Assembly: GCF_009914755.1 (NCBI RefSeq) | Contig: NC_060940.1 | Strand: one strand, 5' to 3' | DNA: 64,000 bases | From: the human T2T-CHM13v2.0 reference genome, Homo sapiens | Shown: positions 14,801 to 29,300 of the stretch, piece after piece | Layout: each line of letters starts with the position of its first letter | How positions within the stretch are numbered: the first letter of the stretch is position 1 | The notes under the pieces: generated by a model | Seen by the model: only the letters and a program-made list of their open reading frames with translations | The model's database searches: none | Told to the model about the DNA's origin: nothing | Made by a program: the position numbers and the translations under genes

Positions 14801-17672
14801 ATGATGATTCCTTTCAAGTTCATTAGATGATTGCATTCGATTCCATTTGATGATGATCCCATTCGAGTCCATTCAGTGATTCCACTCGTTTCCATTCCAT
14901 GATGATTCCATTCCATTCCATTCAATGATTCCATTCGATTCCGTTTGATGATGATTTCATTCGAGTCCATTTGATGATTCCATTTGATTCCATTCGATGA
15001 TGATTACATTCGAGTCCATACGATGATTCCACTCAATTCCATATGATGATGATTCCATTCGATTCCATTCGATGATTCCATTCTATTCTATTCAATGGTG
15101 ATTCCATTCGAGTACATTAGATGATTCCATTCGATTCCATTCAATGATGATTCTATTTGTGTCCCTTAGATGGTTCCACATGATTCCATTTCATGATGAT
15201 ACTATTTGAGCCCATCCAATGATTCCCTTCGATTCCATTCGATGAGGATTCCATTCGATTCAATTCATTGGTGATTCTATTCAATTCAATTCTTTGATTC
15301 CATTCCATTCCATTCGACAATGATTCCATTCGATTTCTTTCGATGATTCCACTCCATTCCACTTGACATTGATTCCATTCGATTCCATTCAATGATTCCG
15401 TTTGATTCCAGTGGATGATGATTGCCATCGATTCCATTCGATCACTCCATTCTATTCCATTTGATGATGATTACATTCGATTCCATTTGATGATTCCATC
15501 TGATTCTATTCGAGGATTCCATTTGATTCCATTCGATGATGATTCCATTCGAGTCCATTCGATGATTTCATTCGAGTACATCCAATGATTCCATTCGAGT
15601 CCATTTGATGATTGCATTTGATTCCATTTCATTATGATTCTACTAGAGTCCATTCAATGACTCCATTCGAATCCATTCAACAATTCCATTCGAGGCCATT
15701 CGATGATTCCATTTCATGATTCCATTCGAGTCCATTTAATCATTACAGTCGAGTCCATTTGGTGATTCCACTGGATTTCTTTTGATAATGATACCATTCA
15801 ATTACATTTGATGATGATCCCATTCAATTTCATTTGATGGTGATTCCATTAGAGTCCATTCGATGATTTCATTCGAGTCCCTTCATTGATTCCATCCGAT
15901 TTCATTGGATGATGACTCCATTCGAGTCCATTCGATGATTCCACTCGATTCCATTAGATGATTCCATTGGAGTCCATTTGATTGTTCCATTCGATTCGAT
16001 TCGATTCCTTTCGAAGATTATTCCATTTGAGTCCATTCGATGATGATTCCATTCCATTCCATTCGATGATTCCGTTTGATTCCATTCGATGATTCCCTTC
16101 GATTCCTTTCTTTGATGATTCCATTCCATTCCATTCAATGATTCCGTTCGAATCTATTCCATGATGATTCCTTTCGATTCCATTCGCTGATGTTTCCGTT
16201 CAATTCCATTCGATGATGATTCCATTCGATTCCATTCATTGAGGATTCCATTTGATTCCATTCAATGATGATTCCATTCTATTCCATTCAATGATTGCAT
16301 TCAATTCCATTCAATGATTATCCCCTTAGTGTAAACTCAACGATTCCATTCAATACCATTCGATGATGATTCCTTTTGAGTCCATTCAATGATTTCATTC
16401 AAGTCCATTTGATGATTCCTTTCAATTCCATTCTATGATGATTCCATTCGAGTCCATTTGATGATTCCATTCGATTGCATTCGATGATTCCATTATATTC
16501 CATTCAACGATGATTCCATTCGAGTCCATTCGATGATTCCATTAGAGTACATTTAATGATTGCTTTGTTTTCAATTCGAAGATGATTACATTGCATTCCA
16601 TTCTATGATACCATTCGATTCCATTCAATGATGATTCCACTCAAATCCATTGGATGATTCCATTCGTGTCCATTCGGTGATTTCATTAGATTCCATTCGA
16701 GGATGATTCCATTCGATTCCATTCGATGATTCCATTCAATTCCATTCGATGATGATTCCATTCCAGTCCATATGATCATTCCATTTGATTTCATTTGATG
16801 ATGATTCCATTCGATTCCATTCGATGATTCCATTCTATTCCATTCGATGATGATTCCACTCGAGTCCATTCGATGATTCCATTCGAGTCCATTTAATGAT
16901 TCCATTGGGTTCAATTCAATGATGATTACATTGGATTCCGTTCTGTGATTCCATTCAATTCCGTTCATTGACAATTTGATTCCATTCGATGATGATTCCA
17001 TTTGAGTTCATTCGATGATTCTATTCGATTCTCTTCGATGGTGATTCAATTCTATTATATTGGATGATTCCATTCGATTCCATTTGATGTTGATTCAATT
17101 CGATTCTATTCGATGATGATTCCATTGGATTTCACTTGATGATTCTATTCGATTCCATTCAATGATGATTCACTTCTCGTCCATTGGATGATTCCATTTC
17201 ATTCCATTCGATGATGATTCCATTCGATTCCATTCGATGATTCCATTTGATTCCATGCGTCGGTGAGCAATTCGATTCAATTCCATGATGATTCTATTTG
17301 ATTCAATTAGATGATGTTTCCATTCGAATCCATTCCATGATTATTCCATTGGAATCCATTCGGCGATGATTCCATATGAGTCAATTCAATGATGATTCCA
17401 TATGGGTCCGTTCGATGATAATTCCATTTGATTTCATTCAATGCTTCTATTCTATTCCAGTCGATGATGATTCCGTTGGAGTCCATACGATGATTCCATT
17501 TGATTTCATTTGATGATGATTCCATTCGATGATGATTACATTGGATTCCATTCTATGATTCCATTCAATTCCATTCGTTGATGATTCGATTCCATTCAAT
17601 GATGATTCCATTTGAGTTCATTCGATGATTCTATTCGATTCCGTTCGATGGTGATTCAATTCTCCTATATTG
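11817..17672 (+). repeat. 6.1 kb-type unit, deleted variant (5856 bp), sister of 1834-7686
   Basis: GGTAGGGTCC at 12494 and 18350. It carries the same deletions and private variants (GAACATGATTGCC, CATACGGTTCC, AGATGGTTCCAC) as 1834-7686. Confidence 0.87.
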
Positions 17673-20600
17673 GATGAATCCACTCGATTCCATTTGATGA
17701 TTATTCCATTGGAGTCCACTTAGTGAATCCTTCAGATTCTACTCGAAGATGATTCCATTCAAGTCCATTCGATGATACCATTCAATTCCATTCGTTGATG
17801 CTTCCATTCAAGTGCATTCGATGATATCATTCGATTCCATTTGATGATAATTCCATTTGATTCCATGCGATGATTCTATTCGATTCCATTCAATGATAAT
17901 TCCATTCAGTTCAGTGATTCCTCTGGACTCCATTTGATGATGATTCCATTCAATGATTCCATTCGATTCTATTCGAAAATGATTCCATTTGAATCCATTT
18001 GATGATGATTCCATTAGATTCCATTTGATGATTCCATTCGATTCCATGCGACGATGATTCCATTCGATTCCATGTGATGATTCCATTCTATTCTATTCGA
18101 TGATGATTCCATTCGATTCCATTCGATGATGATTGGATTCGATTCCATTTGATGATTTCATTTGATTCCATTCGTTAATGATTTCGATCAATTCCATTCG
18201 ATGATTCCATTCGATTCCATTCGATAATGATTACATCCGAGTCCATTCAGTGATTCCATTTGAGCCTGTTCGATAATTCCATTTGAGTCCAACCAATGAT
18301 TCCATTCATTTCCATTCAATGATTCCATTCGAGTCCATTTGATCATTCCGGTAGGGTCCATTCGATGTTGATTCCATTGGAGTGCATTCGATGATTCCAT
18401 TCGAGTCCATTTTAGGATTTGATTCGAGTCCTTTCGATGATTCCATTCGATTCCACTCGATGATGATTTCATTCGAGTCCATTCGACACTTCCAATCGAT
18501 TCCATTTGATGTTTCCATTCGAGTCCAATTGATGATTCCATTCAATTCCATTCGATGATGATTCCGTACGATTCCATTCTGTGATGATTCCATGTGATTG
18601 CATTCAATGATGATTCCTTTAGATTGCATTCGATTGTGATTCACTTCGTCTTCATTCTATGGTTCCACAGGTTTCCATTCGTGTCCATTCCATTATTCCA
18701 TTCTATTCCATTTGATGATGATTCCATTCGATTCCATTCATTGGTGATTCCACTCAATTCCATTCAATGATTCCATTCCATTTCTTTCAACAATGATTCC
18801 ATTAGTTTCTAATCGATGATCCACTTGATTCCATTTGACGACGATTCCATTCGTGTCCATTCGATGATTCCATTTGATTCCATATGATGATGATTCCATT
18901 CGATTCCATACCATGATGATTCCATTCGAGTCCATTCAATGGTGATTCCATTCAATTCCATTCGATGATTCCTTTCGATTCCATTCGATGATGATGGCAT
19001 TCGATTCCTTTCAATCATTCCCTTTGATTCCATTCAAAGGTGATTTCATTCAAGTCCATTCGATAATTGCATTCGATTCCATTCTATGATGATTCCATTC
19101 GAGTCCATTTGATGATTCCATTCAATTCAAGTCAATGATGATTCCATTCGATTCCATTCGATGATTCCATTGGATTCCATTCGATGATGATTCCATTCAA
19201 ATCCATTCGATAATTCAATTCAAGTCCATTCGATGATGATTAAAATCGAATCCATTCAAAGATTCCATTCAGTTCCATTCGATGATTCCCTTAGATTCCA
19301 TTCGATGATTCCACTTGATTTCATTTACGAAGATTCCATTCGATTCCATGTGATGATTCCATTCAATTCTATTCAATGCTGTTTCCATTTGATTCCATTC
19401 GACCATGATTGCCTTTGATTCCATTCAATGACTCCATTCGGTTCCTTTTGATGATGATTCCGTTCGATTCCATTTAATTATTCCATTTGATTCCATTGGA
19501 TGAGTCCATTCGATTACATTCGATGATTATTCCATTCGAGTGCATTAGATGATTCCATTCGAGTCCATTCGATGATTCCATTCGATTCCATTCGATGTTG
19601 ATTCTGTTCAAATCCATTCGATGATTCCACTCGATTCCATTCGATGACTCCATTTGATCCCATTCGATGATTTCCTTTGATTCCCTTTGATGATCATTCC
19701 ATTTGATTCAATTCGGTGATTTCATTTGATTACATTCAGTGATGTTTCCATTCGACTCCATTCGATGATGATTCCATTCGACTCCATTCGATTATGATTT
19801 CATTCAATTCCATTCGATAATGATTCCCTTCGAGTCCATTCGATGATTCCATTCGATTCCATTCAACGATGATTTGATTCGTGTCCATTCGATGATTCCA
19901 TTTGATTCCACTTGATGATGATTCCATTCGAGTCCATTTGATGATTCCATTCAATTCCATTCTCCGATGATTTCTTTTGAGCCCATTCAATGCTTCCACT
20001 CGATTCCATATGATGATGACTCCATTCGATGAAATTCGATGATGATTCCATTCGCTTGCATTCGATGATGATTCCACTTGAGTCCATTAGAAGATTCTAT
20101 TCAAATACATTCCATGACGATTCCGTTCGAGTCCATTTGATGATTCCATTAGACTCCATTCGACGATGATTCCATTCGATGTTATTCGATGATTCCATTC
20201 GATCTCATTCGATGATGATTCCATTCAACTCCATTTGATGTTTCCATTCGAGTTCATTCTATTATTCCATTAGATTCCATTCGATGATGATTCCATTCGA
20301 TTCCATTTGATGATTGCATTCTATTTCATTTGATGATGATTCCATTCGAGTCCACTCGATGATTCCATTCGAGTCCATTTAATGAATCCATTGGTTTCAA
20401 TTCTATGATGATTACATTGGATTCCATTCGTTGATGATTTCATTCGGTTCCATTCAATGATGATTCCATTCAATTCCTTTCAATGTTTCCATTCAATTCC
20501 ATACGATGATGATTCCTTTTGATTTGATTCCACAGTGAGCCATTCGATTCAATTCCATGATGATTCTATTTGATTCCATTGGTTGACATTTCCATTCGAT

Positions 20601-23600
20601 TCCATTCGATGATGATTCCATTTGATTCCATTCAAAGATGATTCCATTCTAGCCCATTCAATCATTCCATTCGATTCTATTCAATGATGATTCCATTCAT
20701 GTCGATTTGGTGATTCCATTTGACTTCATTTGATGATGATTCCTTTCAAGTTCATTAGATGATTCCATTCGATTCCATTTGATGATGATCCCATTCGAGT
20801 CCATTCAGTGATTCCACTCGTTTCCATTCCATGATGATTCCATTCCATTCCATTCAATGATTCCATTCGATTCCGTTTGATGATGATTTCATTCGAGTCC
20901 ATTTGATGATTCCATTTGATTCCATTCGATGATGATTCCATTCGAGTCCATTCGATGATTCTATTCGAATCCATTTGATGATTTCTTTTGATTATAGTTG
21001 GTGATGATTGCATTGGAGTCCATTCAATGATTCCATTCGATTCCAATCGATGGTGGTTCCATTAGAGTCCATTTAATGATTCCATTTGATTCCAGTCTCT
21101 GATGATTACATTCGAGTCCATACGATGATTCCACTCAATTCCATATGATGATGATTCCATTCGATTCCATTCGATGATTCCATTCTATTCTATTCAATGG
21201 TGATTCCATTCGAGTACATTAGATGATTCCATTCGATTCCATTCAATGATGATTCTATTTGTGTCCCTTAGATGATTCCACATGATTCCATTAGATGATG
21301 ATACTATTTCAGCCCATCCAATGATTCCCTTCGATTCCATTCGATGAGGATTCCATTCGATTCAATTCATTGGTGATTCTATTCAATTCAATTCTTTGAT
21401 TCCATTCCATTCCATTCGACAATGATTCCATTCGATTTCTTTCGATGATTCCACTCGATTCCACTTGACATTGATTCCCTTCGATTCCATTCAATGATTC
21501 CATTTGATTCCAGTGGATGATGATTGCCATCGATTCTATTCGATCACTCCATTCTATTCCATTTGATGATGATTACATTCGATTCCATTTGACGATTCCA
21601 TCTGATTCTATTCGAGGATTCCATTTGATTCCATTCGATGATGATTCCATTCGAGTCCATTCGATGATTTCATTCGAGTACATCCAATGATTCCATTCGA
21701 GTACATTTGATGATTCCATTTGATTCCATTTGATAATGATTCTACTAGAGTCCATTCAATGACTCCATTGGAGTCCATTCAACAATTCCATTCGACTCCA
21801 TTCGATGATTCCATTCGATTCCATTTGATGATTCCATTCGAGTCCATTTAATCATTACAGTCGAGTCCATTTTGTGATTCCACTGGATTTCTTTTGATAA
21901 TGATACGATTCAATTACATTTGATGATGATCCCATTCAATTTCATTTCATGATGATTCCATTAGAGTTCATTCGATGATTTCATTCGAGTCCCTTCATTG
22001 ATTCCATCCGATTTCATTGGATGATGACTCCATTCGAGTCCATTCGATGATTCCACTCGATTCCATTAGATGATTCCATTGGAGTCCATTTTATTGTTCC
22101 ATTCGATTCCATTCGATTCCTTTCCAAGATTATTCCATTTGAGTCCATTCGATGATGATTCCATTCCATTCCATTCGATGATTCCGTTTGATTCCATTCG
22201 ATGATTCCCTTTGATTCCTTTCTTTGATGATTGCATTCCATTCCATTCAATGATTCCATTCGAATCTATTCCATGATGATTCCTTTCGATTCCATTCGCT
22301 GATGTTTCCGTTCAATTCCATTCGATGATGATTCCATTCGATTCCATTCATTGAGGATTCCATTTGATTCCATTCAATGATGATTCCATTCTATTCCATT
22401 CAATGATTGCATTCAATTCCATTCAATGATTATCCCATTAGAGTAAACTCAACGATTCCATTCAATACCATTCGATGATGATTCCTTTTGAGTCCATTCA
22501 ATGATTTCATTCAAGTCCATTTGATGATTCCTTTCAATTCCATTCTATGATGATTCCATTCGAGTCCATTCGATGATTCCATTCGATTGCATTCGACGAT
22601 TCCATTATATTCCATTCAACGATGATTCCATTCGAGTCCATTCGATGATTCCATTAGAGTACATTTAATGATTGCTTTGTTTTCAATTCGAAGATGATTA
22701 CATTGGATTCCATTCTATGATACCATTCGATTCCATTCAATGATGATTCCACTCAAATCCATTGGATGATTCCATTCGTGTCCATTCGGTGATTTCATTA
22801 AATTCCATTCGAGGATGATTCCATTCGATTCCATTCGATGATTCCATTCAATTCCATTCGATGATGATTCCATTCCAGTCCATATGATCATTCCATTTGA
22901 TTTCATTCGATGATGATTCCATTCGATTCCATTCGATGATTCCATTCTATTCCATTCGATGATGATTCCATTCGAGTCCATTCGATGATTCCATTCGAGT
23001 CCATTTAATGATTCCATTGGGTTCAATTCAATGATGATTACATTGGATTCCATTCTATGATTCCATTCAATTCCGTTCATTGACAATTTGATTCCATTCG
23101 ATGATGATTCCATTTGAGTTCATTCGATGATTCTATTCGATTCTCTTCGATGGTGATTCAATTCTATTATATTGGATGATTCCATTCGATTCCATTTGAT
23201 GTTGATTCAATTCGATTCTATTCGATGATGATTCCATTGGATTTCACTTGATGATTCTATTCGATTCCATTCAATGATGATTCACTTCTCGTCCATTGGA
23301 TGATTCCATTTCATTCCATTCGATGATGATTCCATTCGATTCCATTCGATGATTCCATTTGATTCCATGCGTCGGTGAGCAATTCGATTCAATTCCATGA
23401 TGATTCTATTTGATTCAATTAGATGATGTTTCCATTCGAATCCATTCCATGATTATTCCATTGGAATCCATTCGGCGATGATTCCATATGAGTCAATTCA
23501 ATGATGATTCCATATGGGTCCGTTCGATGATAATTCCATTTGATTTCATTCGATGCTTCTATTCTATTCCAGTCGAGGATGATTCCATTGGAGTCCATAC

Positions 23601-23784
23601 GATGATTCCATTTGATTTCATTTGATGATGATTCCATTCGATGATGATTACATTGGATTCCATTCTATGATTCCATTCAATTCCATTCGTTGATGATTCG
23701 ATTCCATTCAATGATGATTCCATTTGAGTTCATTCGATGATTCCATTCAATTCCGTTCGATGGTGATTCAATTCTCTTATATTG
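17673..23784 (+). repeat. Full-length 6112-bp repeat unit (used as reference)
   Basis: GGTAGGGTCC at 18350 and 24462 (6112 apart). ORF-track pairs 17307/23419 and 17808/23920 also differ by 6112. Confidence 0.9.
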
Positions 23785-26700
23785 GATGATTCCACTCGAT
23801 TCCATTTGATGATTATTCCATTGGAGTCCACTTAGTGAATCCTTTAGATTCTACTCAAAGATGATTCCATTCGAGTCCATTCGATGATACCGTTCAATTC
23901 CATTCGTTGATGCTTCCATTCAAGTGCATTCGATGATATCATTCGATTCCATTTGATGATAATTCCATTTGATTCCATTCGATGATTCTATTCGATTCCA
24001 TTCAATGATAATTCCATTCAATTCAGTGATTCTTCTGGACTCCATTTGATGATGATTCCATTCAATGATTCCATTCGATTCTATTCGAAAATGATTCCAT
24101 TTGAATCCATTTGATGATGATTCCATTCGATTCCATTTGATGATTCCATTCGATTCCATTCGACGATGATTCCATTCGATTCCATTTGATAATTCCATTC
24201 TATTCTATTCGATGATGATTCCATTCGATTCCATTCGATGATGATTGGATTCGATTCCATTTGATGATTTCATTTGATTCCATTCGATGATGATTTCGAT
24301 CAATTCCATTCGATGATTCCATTCGATTCCATTCGATAATGATTACATCCGAGTCCATTCGATGATTCCATTTGAGCCTGTTCGATAATTCCATTTGAGT
24401 CCAATCAATGATTCCATTCATTTCCATTCAATGATTCCATTCGAGTCCATTTGATCATTCCGGTAGGGTCCGTTCGATGTTGATTCCATTGGGGTGCATT
24501 CGATGATTCCATTCGAGTCCATTTTAGGATTTGATTCGAGTCCTTTCGATGATTCCATTCGATTCCACTCGATGCGGTGATGATTTCATTCGAGTCCATT
24601 CGACACTTCCAATCGATTCCATTTGATGTTTCCATTCGAGTCCAATTGATGATTCCATTCAATTCCATTTGATGATGATTCCGTACGATTCCATTCTGTG
24701 ATGATTCCATGTGATTGCATTCAATGATGATTCCTTTCGATTGCATTCGATTATGATTCATTTCGTGTTCATTCTATGGTTCCACAGGTTTCCATTCGTG
24801 TCCATTCCATTATTCCATTCTATTCCATTTGATGATGATTCCATTCGATTCCATTCATTGGTGATTCCACTCAATTCCATTCAATGATTCCATTCCATTT
24901 CTTTCAACAATGATTCCATTAGTTTCTAATCGATGATCCACTTGATTCCATTTGACGATGATTCCATTCTTGTCCATTCGATGATTCCATTTGATTCCAT
25001 ATGATGATGATTCCATTCGATTCCATACGATGATGATTCCATTCGAGTCCATTCAATGGTGATTCCATTCAATTCCATTCGATGATTCCTTTCGATTCCA
25101 TTTGATGATGATGGCATTCGATTCCTTTCAATCATTCCCTTTGATTCCACTCAAAGGTGATTTCATTCAAGTCCATTCGATAATTGCATTCGATTCCATT
25201 CTATGATGATTCCATTCGAGTCCATTTGATGATTCCATTCAATTCAAGTCAATGATGATTCCATTCGATTCCATTCGATGATTCCATTGGATTCCATTCG
25301 ATGAGGATTCCATTCAAATCCATTCGATAATTCAATTCACGTCCATTCGATGATGATTCCAATCGAATCCATTCAAAGATTCCATTCAATTCCATTCGAT
25401 GATTCCCTTAGATTCCATTCGATGATTCCACTTGATTCCATTTACGATGATTCCATTCGATTCCATGTGATGATTCCATTCAATTCTATTCAATGATGTT
25501 TCCATTTGATTCCATTCGACCATGATTGCCTTTGATTCCATTCAATGATTCCATTCGGTTCCGTCTGATGATGATTCCGTTCGATTCCATTTGATGATTC
25601 CATTTGATTCCATTGGATGAGTCCATTCGATTACATTCGATGATTATTCCATTCGAGTGCATTAGATGATTCCATTCGAGTCCATTCGATGATTCCATTG
25701 GATTCCTTTCGATGAGGATTCCATTCAAATCCATTCGATAATTCAATTCACGTCCTTTCGATGATGATTCCAATCGAATCCATTCAAATATTCCATTTAA
25801 TTCCATTCGATGATTCCCTTAGATTCCATTCGATGATTCCACTTGATTCCATTTACGATGATTCCATTCGATTCCATGTGATGATTCCATTCAATTCTAT
25901 TCAATGATGTTTCCATTTGATTCCATTCGACCATGATTGCCTTTGATTCCATTCAATGATTCCATTCGGTTCCGTTTGATGATGATTCCGTTCGATTCCA
26001 TTTGATGATTCCATTTGATTCCATTGGATGAGTCCATTCGATTACATTCGATGATTATTCCATTCGAGTGCATTAGATGATTCCATTCGAGTCCATTCGA
26101 TGATTCCATTCGAGTCCATTCGATGATTCCATTCGAGTCCATTCGATGTTGATTCTGTTCAAATCCATTCGATGATTCCACTCGATTCCATTCGATGACT
26201 CCATTTGATCCCATTAGATGATTTCCTTTGATTCCCTTTGATGATCATTCCATTTGATTCAATTCGGTGATTTCATTGGATTCCATTCAGTGATGTTTCC
26301 ATTCGACTCCATTCGATGATGATTCCATTCGACTACATTCGATTATGATTTCATTCAATTCCATTCGATAAAGATTCCCTTCGAATCCAATCGATGATTC
26401 CATTTGATTCCATTCAACGATGATTTGATTCGTGTCCATTCGATGATTCCATTTGATTCCACTTGATGAGGATTCCATTCGAGTCCATTTGATGATTCCA
26501 TTCAATTCCATTCTCCGATGATTTCTTTTGAGCCCATTCAATGCTTCCACTCGATTACATATGATGATGACTCCATTCGATGAAACTCGACGATGATTCC
26601 ATTCGCTTGCATTCGATGATGATTCCACTTGAGTCCGTTAGAAGATTCTATTCAATTACATTCCATGACGATTCCGTTCGAGTCCATTTGATGATTCCAT

Positions 26701-29300
26701 TACACTCCATTCGACAATGATTCCATTCAACGTTATTCGATGATTCCATTCGATCTCATTCGATGATGATTCCATTCAACTCCATTCGATGTTTCCATTC
26801 GAGTTCATTCTATTATTCCATTAGATTCCATTCGATGATGATTCCATTCGATTCCATTTGATGATTGCATTCTATTTCATTTGATGATGATTCCATTCGA
26901 GTCCATTCGATGATTCCATTCGAGTCCATTTAATGAATCCATTGGTTTCAATTCTATGATGATTACATTGGATTCCATTCGTTGATGATTTCATTCGATT
27001 CCATTCAATGATGATTCCATTCAATTCCATTCAATGATTCCATTCAATTCCATACGATGATGATTCCATTTGATTTGATTCGACAGTGAGCCATTCGATT
27101 CAATTCCATGATGATTCTATTTGATTCAATTGGTTGACATTTCCATTCGATTCCATTCGATGATGATTCCATTTGATTCCATTCAAAGATGATTCCATTC
27201 TAGCCCATTCAATCATTCCATTCGATTCTATTCAATGATGATTCCATTCATGTCGATTTGGTGATTCCATTTGACTTCATTTGATGATGATTCCTTTCAA
27301 GTTCATTAGATGATTCCATTCGATTCCATTTGATGATGATCCCATTCGAGTCCATTCAGTGATTCCACTCGTTTCCATTCCATGATGATTCCATTCCATT
27401 CCATTCAATGATTCCATTCGATTCCGTTTGATGATGATTTCATTCGAGTCCATTTGATGATTCCATTTGATTCCATTCGATGATGATTCCATTCGAGTCC
27501 ATTCGATGATTCTATTCGAATCCATTTGATGATTTCTTTTGATTATATTTGGTGATGATTCCATTGGAGTCCATTCAATGATTCCATTCGATTCCAATCG
27601 ATGGTGGTTCCATTAGAGTCCATTTAATGATTCCATTTGATTCCAGTCTCTGATGTTTACATTCGAGTCCATACGATGATTCCACTCAATTCCATATCAT
27701 GATGATTCCATTCGATTCCATTCGATGATTCCATTCTATTCTATTCAATGGTGATTCCATTCGAGTACATTAGATGATTCCATTCGATTCCATTCAATGA
27801 TGATTCTATTTGTGTCCCTTAGATGATTCCACATGATTCCATTAGATGATGATACTACTTGAGCCCATCCAATGATTCCCTTCGATTCCATTCGATGAGG
27901 ATTCCATTCGATTCAATTCATTGGTGATTCTATTCAATTCAATTCTTTGATTCCATTCCATTCTATTCGACAATGATTCCATTCGATTTCTTTCGATGAT
28001 TCCACTCGATTCCACTTGACATTGATTCCATTCGATTCCATTCAATGATTCCATTTGATTCCAGTGGATGATGATTGCCATCGATTCCATTTGATCACTC
28101 CATTCTATTCCATTTGATGATGATTACATTCGATTCCATTTGATGATTCCATCTGATTCTATTCGAGGATTCCATTTGATTCCATTCGATGATGATTCCA
28201 TTCGAGTCCATTCGATGATTTCATTCGAGTACATCCAATGATTCCATTCGAGTCCATTTGATGATTCCATTTCATTCCATTTGATTATGATTCTACTAGA
28301 GTCCATTCAATGACTCCATTCGAGTCCATTCAACAATTCCATTCGAGTCCATTCGATGATTCCATTCGATTCCATTTGATGATTCCATTCGAGTCCATTT
28401 AATCATTACAGTCGAGTCCATTTGGTGATTCCACTGGATTTCTTTTGATAATGATACCATTCAATTACATTTGATGATGATCCCATTCAATTTCATTTGA
28501 TGATGATTCCATTAGAGTCCATTCGATGATTTCATTCGAGTCCCTTCATTGATTCCATCCGATTTCATTTCATGATGACTCCATTCGAGTCCATTCGATG
28601 ATTCCACTCGATTCCATTAGATGATTCCATTGGAGTCCATTTGATTGTTCCATTCGATTCCATTCGATTCCTTTCGAAGATTATTCCATTTGAGTCCATT
28701 CGATGATGATTCCATTCCATTCCATTCGATGATTCCGTTTGATTCCATTCGATGATTTTCTGCGATTCCTTTCTATGATGATTCCATTCCATTTCATTCA
28801 ATGATTCCATTCGAATCTATTCCATGATGATTCCTTTCTATTCCATTCGCTGATGTTTCCGTTCAATTCCATTCGATGTTGATTCCATTCGATTCCATTC
28901 ATTGAGGATTCCATTGGATTCCATTCAATGATGATTCCATTCTATTCCATTCAATGATTGCATTCAATTCCATTCAATGATTATGCCATTAGAGTAAATT
29001 CAACGATTCCATTCAATACCATTCGATGATGATTCCTTTTGAGTCCATTCAATGATTTCATTCAAGTCCATTTGATGATTCCTTTCAATTCCATTCCATG
29101 ATGATTCCATTCGAGTCCATTCGATGATTCCATTCGATTGCATTCGATGATTCCATTATATTCCATTCAACGATGATTCCATTCGATTCCATTCGATGAT
29201 TCCATTCGAGTCCATTCCATGATTCCATTAGAGTACATTTAATGATTGCTTTGTTTTCAATTCGAAGATGATTACATTGGATTCCATTCTATGATTCCAT
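23785..29300 (+). repeat. 6.1 kb-type unit with internal 411-bp duplication, interrupted near 29.3 kb
   Basis: Colinear with the reference unit to GCTTTGTTTTCAATTCGAAG (~29250-29270), then departs from it. Confidence 0.82.
25270..26091 (+). repeat. 411-bp tandem duplication
   Basis: GATGAGGATTCCATTCAAATCC at 25300 and 25711, and GACCATGATTGCC at 25518 and 25929. Confidence 0.88.

Noticed and set aside
19233-19418. Only plus-strand ORF (61 aa)
   Set aside because: It arises by chance loss of stops in one unit copy and is not reported in the sister units.
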